The notes under the pieces are model-generated. The model was not told where the DNA came from, made no database searches, and saw only the letters and a list, made by a program, of their open reading frames with translations. Position numbers and translations under genes: made by a program. 42,428 bases of DNA, from NCBI GenBank assembly GCA_036478295.1, contig JAZGDW010000017.1, forward strand, positions 1-42,428, written 5' to 3'. Every line of letters starts with the position of its first letter. The stretch's first letter is position 1. This document shows positions 1 through 6,806 of the stretch, piece by piece. Source of the DNA: Candidatus Krumholzibacteriia bacterium. Its GTDB lineage: Bacteria > Krumholzibacteriota > Krumholzibacteriia > WVZY01.

Positions 1-2990
1 TAGCAGATGTGGATCCGGTCGCTGACGTGGAACCCCGTTTTCTTGCGGAGATTCTGCACGCGGTTGACAATCTCGCGTGCGATACCCTCCAGCCGCAGTG
101 GCTCCGTAATCTGGAGGTCGAGCGCGACGGTCAGCCCGTGCTCGATCCATGCTCCGTACGGCTGCTTCCCTTCAACGGCGACGGACATCTCGTCTCGTCC
201 CAGCGTGAGTTCCTCGTCGCCCAGCTTGATCGTAACCTCTCCCGCGCTGAGGAATGCCTCCAGCTCGTCACCGGTAAGTGACTGGATACTCGAAGCCACC
301 TCGGGCACGCGCTTGCCGAACCGCTTGCCGAGGACCGGAAACGCCGGCGCCGCCTTGAAGCTGACGTACTTCCCCAGATCGTCGACGAGAAGCAACTCCT
401 TTATATGGAGCTCGTCGAGGACGATATCACGGATTTCCGCATGTTTTAGCAGTTGCCGCGCGCGGCCCTCATGGTCATGGACCCGCATTCGTGCCAGCGG
501 CTGCCGAATCTTTACGCCGGCCTCGTTACGTACCGTCCGTCCCAGCGCCGCCACTTTGAGCGCCGTATCCATGGTGTCCTCGAGCTCGCGGTCGATTCGT
601 GCCTGGTCGCTCTCGGGGAACGACTCGAGGTGTACGCTGTCGTCATCCTCCGCACCGTCACCGGCCAGCGCGGAACGCAGGGCCTGGTACACCTCCTCGG
701 CAACGAACGGGGCGAACGGCGCCAGCAGCCGGACGGTGCCGTCGAGTACGGCGTGCAGCGTCTCGTAGGCGGCGATCTTGTCCGGACCCATCTCGCCCTT
801 CCAGAAGCGTCGTCGCGACCGTCGCACGTACCAGTTGCTCAGCTCATCGAGCACGAAGCGCTGCAGCGCGCGCGCCGCGCGGGTCATCTCGTAGGCGTCC
901 ATCTGCCTGCGGACCTCGGCGACCGTACTGTGAAAGCGAGAGAGAATCCATCGGTCCAGCAGGTTGGGCTCGCCCTTCGTCCCGCCCGGGCGGTAGTCGT
1001 CCAGCTCCGCGTACATGGCGAAGAATGAGTACACGTTGCGTAGCGTGCCCATGAGTTTTTGTGATGCGTCCACCACCCCCTTGCGGTCGAACCGCGTCGG
1101 CAGCCACGGCGGACTGCTGGCGATCAAGTACCAGCGAAGCGCGTCGGCACCCTCCTTGTCGAGGACGTCCCAAGGTTCGATGACATTCGACTTGCTCTTG
1201 GACATTTTCTGACCCTTCTTGTCGAGGATCAGCTCGGTGACGACACAGCTGCGGTAGGGCGACTCGCCCTTGAGGAAAGTCGCGATGGCGAGCAGCGAAT
1301 AAAACCATCCGCGTGATTGATCGATACCCTCACAGATATAATCTGCGGGAAACTGGTCCTCGAACATCTTCTGTTCGTCGAACGGGTAGTGATACTGAGC
1401 GAACGGCATGGCGCCCGAATCGAACCATGCGTCTATCACTTCCGGCACTCGTTTCATTTTTGCGTCGCACTTCGGGCATTTCAGGTGGTAATCGTCTACC
1501 TGCGGGCGGTGCAGGTCGAGCTCGTCGCCCCGGGGAATATTCTTGCCCAGCTCCCGTAGCTCCTCGATGCTCCCTACGGCATGGGACGTATCGCATCCAC
1601 CGCACAGCCAGATGTTGAGCGGTGTTCCCCAATAACGTTCCCGGCTCAGCGCCCAGTCGACGTTGTTCTCGAGCCAGTTGCCGAAGCGGTACTCGCCCAC
1701 TTCCCTGGGAACCCAGTTGATGGTCTTGTTGGCCGCGATCATCTCGTCCTTGAAAGCGGTGGTCTTGACGTACCAAGAGAGTCGTGCGTAGTAGATGAGC
1801 GGCGTCGCGCACCTCCAGCAAAATGGGTACGAGTGCTTGACGCGCTCGCTGCGATAGAGTTTGCCCCCTTCGTCCAGCGCCTTGATGATCAACGGGTCGG
1901 CGTCCTTGATCCATTTGCCCGCCCACGGCGTGACCGCATCGGTGAAGGTACCCGTCGACGTCACCGGCTGGACGATGGGGATACCGACAGTCTGGCAAAG
2001 CCGGTAATCGTCCTCACCGAACGCCGGGGCGACGTGCACGATTCCGGTGCCGTCCTCGAGACTGACGAAATCGGCTCCCAGCACGACGAACGCATTCTCT
2101 TCATCCTTGAAGAAATCGAAGAGCGGCTCGTAGCGCACGCCCACGAGCTTTTCGCCCTTCATGCGCTCGAGGACCTTGTATTCGCCGTCGAGCACTCCCA
2201 GAAGCGCCTCGGCGAGAATCAGCGTCTCGCCGCCGTGTTCGACCCGCACGTAGTCGTGAGCGGGCCCCACGGCGAGCGCCATGTTCGATGTGAGCGTCCA
2301 CGGCGTGGTAGTCCACACGAGAAAGCGGTCATCTGCTTCAGCCCGGCGGAACTTGATGAAGATCGATGGATCGGACACATCCCGGTAGCCGAGGCTGACT
2401 TCGTGGCTGCTCAGCGAGGTCTCGCAGCGCGGGCAGTACGGGACGATTTTGTGGCCCTGGTAAAGGAGATCCTTTTTCCAGAACTCCTTGAGAATCCACC
2501 AAACGCTTTCCACGTACTCGTTGGTACAGGTGATGTAGGGATCGTCCATGTCGAGCCAGTAACCGATGCGTTTAGTGAACTTCACCCATTCCTTTTCGTA
2601 CTTGAAAACACTCTCGCGGCTCTTGCGGTTGAAGTTGCCGATTCCATAGGCTTCGATTTCTTCCTTGCTCTTGATGCCGAGTTCTTTTTCGACTTCGATC
2701 TCGACGGGCAGCCCGTGGGTGTCCCAGCCGCCCTTGCGGATCACCTGGTATCCCTGCATGGTCTTGTATCGGCAGATAATATCCTTGCACAGGCGGGCCA
2801 TGACGTGGTGCACGCCCGGCTTGCCGTTCGCCGTGGGAGGCCCCTCGTAGAACACGAAACGCTCTTTGCCCTCACGGGTCGAGATGCTGCGCTCGAACGC
2901 ATGCGCGCGATCCCAGAAATCGATGATGGAATTCTCGACTTCGGGGATCCGGTCGGGAGTGGCGATGGATTTGAACCGTCCTTCTTTCAT
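1..2990 (-). CDS. ileS: Isoleucyl-tRNA synthetase, type 2 (IleRS2), 3' end outside the window
   Basis: Translated by hand from ATG at 2990 (MKEGRFKSIA...). FYEGPPTANGKPGVHH at the HIGH position, GWDTHGLP, WALSRERYWGTP, EGIDQSRGWFYSL, KMSKS at 1194-1208 in frame, and IleRS2-type C-terminal AREIVNRVQNLRK...VSDRI. No stop codon in the window, so absent from the ORF track. Confidence 0.97.
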   Translation of the reverse strand, partial: MKEGRFKSIATPDRIPEVENSIIDFWDRAHAFERSISTREGKERFVFYEGPPTANGKPGVHHVMARLCKDIICRYKTMQGYQVIRKGGWDTHGLPVEIEVEKELGIKSKEEIEAYGIGNFNRKSRESVFKYEKEWVKFTKRIGYWLDMDDPYITCTNEYVESVWWILKEFWKKDLLYQGHKIVPYCPRCETSLSSHEVSLGYRDVSDPSIFIKFRRAEADDRFLVWTTTPWTLTSNMALAVGPAHDYVRVEHGGETLILAEALLGVLDGEYKVLERMKGEKLVGVRYEPLFDFFKDEENAFVVLGADFVSLEDGTGIVHVAPAFGEDDYRLCQTVGIPIVQPVTSTGTFTDAVTPWAGKWIKDADPLIIKALDEGGKLYRSERVKHSYPFCWRCATPLIYYARLSWYVKTTAFKDEMIAANKTINWVPREVGEYRFGNWLENNVDWALSRERYWGTPLNIWLCGGCDTSHAVGSIEELRELGKNIPRGDELDLHRPQVDDYHLKCPKCDAKMKRVPEVIDAWFDSGAMPFAQYHYPFDEQKMFEDQFPADYICEGIDQSRGWFYSLLAIATFLKGESPYRSCVVTELILDKKGQKMSKSKSNVIEPWDVLDKEGADALRWYLIASSPPWLPTRFDRKGVVDASQKLMGTLRNVYSFFAMYAELDDYRPGGTKGEPNLLDRWILSRFHSTVAEVRRQMDAYEMTRAARALQRFVLDELSNWYVRRSRRRFWKGEMGPDKIAAYETLHAVLDGTVRLLAPFAPFVAEEVYQALRSALAGDGAEDDDSVHLESFPESDQARIDRELEDTMDTALKVAALGRTVRNEAGVKIRQPLARMRVHDHEGRARQLLKHAEIRDIVLDELHIKELLLVDDLGKYVSFKAAPAFPVLGKRFGKRVPEVASSIQSLTGDELEAFLSAGEVTIKLGDEELTLGRDEMSVAVEGKQPYGAWIEHGLTVALDLQITEPLRLEGIAREIVNRVQNLRKKTGFHVSDRIHIC

Positions 2991-3001
2991 CTTACCGGGG
3001 G

Positions 3002-3823
3002 TTACATCTGGCGGAGATAGTGCATGACGAGGTCGCGCAGGGTGGGTTCCGCTTTCTCCGCAACGGCGATGATCTCCTTGACGTTGGAGGGCTGTAGATT
3101 ATCCGCGGGGCACAGGTCGGTCACGATCGAGACCGCGAGTACCTTCATGCCCGCATGGATCGCGACAATGTTCTCCGGCACCGTGGACATGCCCACGACG
3201 TCCGCGCCCATCCGGCGAAGAAAACGATATTCCGCCGCCGTCTCCAGGTTCGGCCCGGCCACGGCGGCTAGCACGGCCCTGCGCACTGTGACACCGTCCT
3301 CCAGCGCGATCTTCTCGAAAAGGCGGCGGCGCTCGTGCGAGTACGGCTCGGACATGTCGGGAAAACGCTCGCCCAGGCGGTCGTCGTTCCAACCGATGAG
3401 CGGATTGTCGCCCATCAGGTTGATGTGGTCGGTAAGCACGACGATATCACCGCGGTCGAGATGCGAATTCATCCCGCCCACGGCGCTGGACATAATCAAT
3501 TCGGTGGCGCCGAGCGCGCGCATCACCCGCAGGGGAAACGTTATCTCCTGCATCGAGTGTCCCTCATAGTAGTGGAGCCGCCCCTGCATCGCCACAACGT
3601 GCTTGCCGCCCAGTGACCCGACAATGAGGTTGCCGGCGTGGCCCAGACCCGTCGCTTTGACACAGTGAGGGATGTCGCCGTACGGAATCGTTGCCTCCGC
3701 TTCGATCGCTTCGGCCATGCCGCCGAGACCGGTGCCCAGCACGAGGGCGAACCGCGGGGTCTTGGAAATCTTTTCTTGAACGTAGTTCGCGGCTTTTTGA
3801 ATGTTGCCGTAAAGATTTTTCAC
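3002..3823 (-). CDS. punA: Purine-nucleoside phosphorylase (trimeric PNP family)
   Basis: VLGTGLG, GHAG, QGRLHYYEG, DHINLMGDNPL, GPNLETAAE and VGMSTVPE motifs; GTG start with GGAG upstream. Confidence 0.93.
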   Translation of the reverse strand: MKNLYGNIQKAANYVQEKISKTPRFALVLGTGLGGMAEAIEAEATIPYGDIPHCVKATGLGHAGNLIVGSLGGKHVVAMQGRLHYYEGHSMQEITFPLRVMRALGATELIMSSAVGGMNSHLDRGDIVVLTDHINLMGDNPLIGWNDDRLGERFPDMSEPYSHERRRLFEKIALEDGVTVRRAVLAAVAGPNLETAAEYRFLRRMGADVVGMSTVPENIVAIHAGMKVLAVSIVTDLCPADNLQPSNVKEIIAVAEKAEPTLRDLVMHYLRQM

Positions 3824-3987
3824 CGCTTGCTCCCTCCAACGCGCACCAAGTCGTCAACTGCCCAGGATTTGCTTGGAACTCCTGCTGCAGGTCTCTCGCG
3901 TGCTGCCCGTCACGCCCGAAATCCGCGCGAACTCGCACGAAACCCGGCGTAAAAACCCTTCTTTGGTTTCAAGGATTCGGTATTCTA

Positions 3988-4281
3988 TCAGATGTCCGCA
4001 ATGCTTAAAAGACGATTCTCGCACGATTGCGGAACGGTGATGCGCTTGGTCCGGGAGTGCCCCCCGGACGCAATGATTACTTCCGTCCTCGGCACGTGGA
4101 GAAACTTGGAGAGCAGCTTGATCAACTCCCGGTTGGCACTGTCGTCGACCGGCGGCGCCGCGACGCGGATCCGTAGGTGAGCTGCGTCATTCCATCCGAC
4201 GATTTCGCCCCGCGAGGCCCGGGGTTGCAATGTCACCAGGAACGCGAGCCGCTCGCCGGCGACATTCTCAACTCGTTTCAT
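3988..4281 (-). CDS. DUF167/YggU family protein
   Basis: LQPRASR...LRIRVAAPPVDDSANRELIKLL...IASGGHSRTKRI signature; usual position after divIVA. Confidence 0.9.
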   Translation of the reverse strand: MKRVENVAGERLAFLVTLQPRASRGEIVGWNDAAHLRIRVAAPPVDDSANRELIKLLSKFLHVPRTEVIIASGGHSRTKRITVPQSCENRLLSIADI

Positions 4282-5341
4282 CCTTCTTGCGGGAGCGCGA
4301 CAGAATATCCTGCTTCAGCCGTTCCAGAGACCACTCGCTGCCTTGAGTGGGCACGGCCGCGGGCTCCAACACGTCCTTTTGAGAGCTGTCATCTTGCGCG
4401 GGCACCGGACGCGGGCCCTCTGCACTTGCAGGCTCTGGCTGCCACGCGGGAGCGGGGCTGGCTGGCGGCGGCGCCACGTTCTCGGCGGCGGTGGGCGGCG
4501 CCGACGGTGGCGCGGGAATCTCCTCGAATTCTGGTCGGGCGGTACCTTGGTCGACAACAGTCGTCTTGCTGCGGCGCGACCTGACGAGGCGATCGAGAAT
4601 ATTGTTCAGGCGCGAAGAGTTATCGTCGGCAAGCACCGCGGTGCTGGTGGGCAGACCTATGGCGGCCGGCGCCTCGCGGTCCGGCGCGGGTCGCTCGCTC
4701 GTATCCGGCACGGCGGGCATCGGCGGTGTGTCCGGCACCGCTTCGACCGGCCTGGGTGCGGGTACCAGTCTCTCGGAGGGCACGGCCGTTGCTTCGACCG
4801 GGCGGGCTATCGCTGATCGCGGCGGGGTCTCTCGCGGCGTTTCCGCCACGTCGGTCTTCCGGGTCTTCTCCAGCTCCTGGTCCTCTTCGGTAAAGTCCAG
4901 TTCAGCAGTCTTCAGGTATTTCTGGTGCGATTCGACCATCATGCGCATGCGGGTGAGGTAGGCGTCGCGCTGCCGCCGTAGCGACAGGATCTCCTGGCGA
5001 AGGCGTATGGCTGCGGCCTTGATGTCCCTCGCGCCTTTCTCGGCCTCCAGCTCGGCCTCTTTGACGATCAAGTTGGCCTCACGGCGGGCGTTGTCTTTCG
5101 CCTCGACCGTTACCCGCTCGGCGGTCAACAGGGTATCGCGCAGCGTCTTCTCCATGTTGCGGTACTCCTGAACCTTGTCGTCCAACTCGAGCACACGCTC
5201 ACGCAGCGCCTTGTTGTCGTTCAAGACCGCTTCGTACTCGTCGGCGATGGTGCTGAGAAACGCGTACACCTCGTCGGTATCGAGCCCCCGCATCACCCTC
5301 CTGAATTCCTGTTTCCTGATGTCTAGCGGCGTCAAACGCAT
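4268..5341 (-). CDS. DivIVA domain protein with coiled coil and long Pro/Ala-rich C-terminal tail
   Basis: MRLTPLDIRKQEFRRVMRGLDTDEVYAFL N-terminal DivIVA motif. Start reassigned to ATG 5341, which has GAGGGAGG upstream. Confidence 0.92.
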   Translation of the reverse strand: MRLTPLDIRKQEFRRVMRGLDTDEVYAFLSTIADEYEAVLNDNKALRERVLELDDKVQEYRNMEKTLRDTLLTAERVTVEAKDNARREANLIVKEAELEAEKGARDIKAAAIRLRQEILSLRRQRDAYLTRMRMMVESHQKYLKTAELDFTEEDQELEKTRKTDVAETPRETPPRSAIARPVEATAVPSERLVPAPRPVEAVPDTPPMPAVPDTSERPAPDREAPAAIGLPTSTAVLADDNSSRLNNILDRLVRSRRSKTTVVDQGTARPEFEEIPAPPSAPPTAAENVAPPPASPAPAWQPEPASAEGPRPVPAQDDSSQKDVLEPAAVPTQGSEWSLERLKQDILSRSRKKDETS

Positions 5342-5539
5342 TATCGTTCCTCCCTCGAGACAGGCGCCCGGTGCGTGCCGGCGACCTGAGCGGCCGCGCC
5401 CGGTAGTTAGTTCCAATCTCCCTCGCTACGCCACCCCCGGCGCGGCTATCCTTTGGCTTATCTACACTTTTTGGTGGTGTTCTGGTCAACCGGCGTACCG
5501 GCCTTGCAGCGTACCGCAGGCGGGTACGAACCCCAAAAC

Positions 5540-5556
5540 AGCAAATATTGCGCCAA
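5540..5556 (-). promoter_or_regulatory. Putative sigma-54 (-24/-12) promoter for the divIVA-yggU-PNP-ileS run
   Basis: Minus strand reads TTGGCGCAATATTTGCT, with exact GG-N10-GC spacing of the YTGGCACGNNNNTTGCW consensus. Confidence 0.6.
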
Positions 5557-5592
5557 TCGTCCGGGCACGGGCAACGGCCATATTTCATTAAT

Positions 5593-5605
5593 TATCAATT
5601 AGTTA
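5593..5605. promoter_or_regulatory. Putative IHF binding site
   Basis: TATCAATTAGTTA matches WATCAANNNNTTR in an AT-rich patch about 40 bp upstream of the sigma-54 element. Confidence 0.55.
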
Positions 5606-5733
5606 CATCTCAAGTAGGCGAGGCGGTTCCCGCATACTGTCCAGAACATACAACAATCACCCGAAGATGGTAAATTTTTTTCCTCCCCCGATACCAACCC
5701 TCGGTACCGGGTTCGGGTACCGGCGCCGGCGTA

Positions 5734-5809
5734 CCCGGCTGCTTAGCGCCCACCCGGCTGCCTAGCGCCCACCCGGCTGCTTAGCGCCCACGCAGCCGCT
5801 TAGCGCCCA
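5734..5809. repeat. Four tandem copies of a 19-bp unit (CCCGGCTGCTTAGCGCCCA) overlapping the yggS stop codon
   Basis: Units at 5734-5752, 5753-5771 (1 mismatch), 5772-5790 and 5791-5809 (3 mismatches; contains the yggS TAA). Confidence 0.95.
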
Positions 5810-6492
5810 CGCGGCCCAAGGAGCACCCTCCCGAGGCGGACAAGGGTCGCCCCTTCCTCAACCGCGGTCTCGAAATCGTCAGTCATCCCCATGCTGAGGT
5901 GTGGCATGGGGTCTTTCGCCGAACCTTCCACTTTGCGTTTGAGGCGGAACAGCGATTGGAACGCCCGCCGGACCGCCGTCTCGTCGTCGGTCAGCGGCCC
6001 GATGGTCATCAGGCCCTCCAGTTTGATTCCGGGCAGGGAGCCGATGGCATCGACGGCGGCTCGCACCTCTTCCGGTTCGAAGCCGTGCTTGGTGATCTCG
6101 CGTGACGTGTTCACCTCGAGCAGCACGCGTGTCGTTATTGCACGCTCTTCGCCTAGGCGACTGAGCGTTTCCGCGAGCTTCATGCGATCCACCGAATGGA
6201 TCAGCGAGAACTCCCCGACGGCCTTGCCCGCTTTGTTTCGTTGCAGGGTGCCGACGAGATGCCACCTGCATGGCCGTTTCACCTCCGGCTTCTTCTTCAG
6301 GAACTCCTGCATGCGGTTCTCTCCAATATCTGAAATACCGGCGTCGATGACCGCATCTATCATTGCCGGGCCGTGGGTCTTCGTGACGGCGACAACGGTA
6401 ACGCTGTCAACCGGTCGGCCCACTCTGTCACACGAGCGCGCGATGCGCTCGCGCACCCGCTCGAGGTTTTGTTTGATGTCGGCTACAGACAC
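5800..6492 (-). CDS. yggS: YggS family pyridoxal phosphate homeostasis protein
   Basis: VAVTKT (PLP Lys), IGENRMQE, WHLVGTLQRNK, GLMTIGP, LSMGMTDDFE, GATLVRLG. GTG start at 6492 chosen for AAAGGAG RBS and family length of about 230 aa. Confidence 0.95.
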   Translation of the reverse strand: MSVADIKQNLERVRERIARSCDRVGRPVDSVTVVAVTKTHGPAMIDAVIDAGISDIGENRMQEFLKKKPEVKRPCRWHLVGTLQRNKAGKAVGEFSLIHSVDRMKLAETLSRLGEERAITTRVLLEVNTSREITKHGFEPEEVRAAVDAIGSLPGIKLEGLMTIGPLTDDETAVRRAFQSLFRLKRKVEGSAKDPMPHLSMGMTDDFETAVEEGATLVRLGRVLLGPRGR

Positions 6493-6669
6493 AGGTCTCC
6501 TTTCAAGGCGGCCCCACCACGCATCCGGGTCGGCGTTCAAGATCTCGATCGTCGGGGACACACCGGACTCCATCCACCATATTTGCTCCTTCTTGCCGCA
6601 AAATTTCCCTTATGGACGGCGTCCCGTCGCTTGCCCACAAATTATTTTTTTCACATAACAAGGTACTTC

Positions 6670-6698
6670 TTGACGGGCGAATTTGCAGCAAATATTAT
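6670..6698 (+). promoter_or_regulatory. Sigma-70-type promoter of nrdAB
   Basis: TTGACG-17 nt-TATTAT. Confidence 0.65.
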
Positions 6699-6729
6699 CG
6701 CCTCCGCACCTTTAGGAAATCCCGATGAA

Positions 6730-6776
6730 CCACAATATCTAGTGCACGTTTCCTTTAGATCGACTATATTTTGGGG
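6730..6776. promoter_or_regulatory. Tandem NrdR boxes
   Basis: ccaCaAtATcTaGtgc (6730-6745) and cgaCtAtATtTtGggg (6761-6776) match acaCwAtATaTwGtgt, 31 bp apart, between the promoter and the nrdA start. Confidence 0.85.
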
Positions 6777-6806
6777 AAGATCCCTTCATCGTCCACAAGG
6801 AGAACC

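Noticed and set aside
7..3020. Long plus-strand ORFs (7-768, 453-1028, 1581-3020) and minus-strand alternative frames
   Set aside because: Antisense or off-frame shadows of ileS, typical of high-GC DNA, with no motifs.
3824..3987. T-box or purine riboswitch upstream of PNP-ileS
   Set aside because: No GGTGGNACC T-box, AG/GA-box or purine-aptamer core recognised; kept only as an unassigned structured spacer.
5175..5591. ORFs in the yggS-divIVA gap as a possible yggT
   Set aside because: No hydrophobic YggT-like sequence; the region is better explained as promoter and leader.
5734..5809. Tandem repeats as a mini-CRISPR
   Set aside because: Units are contiguous with no unique spacers, and there are no cas genes.
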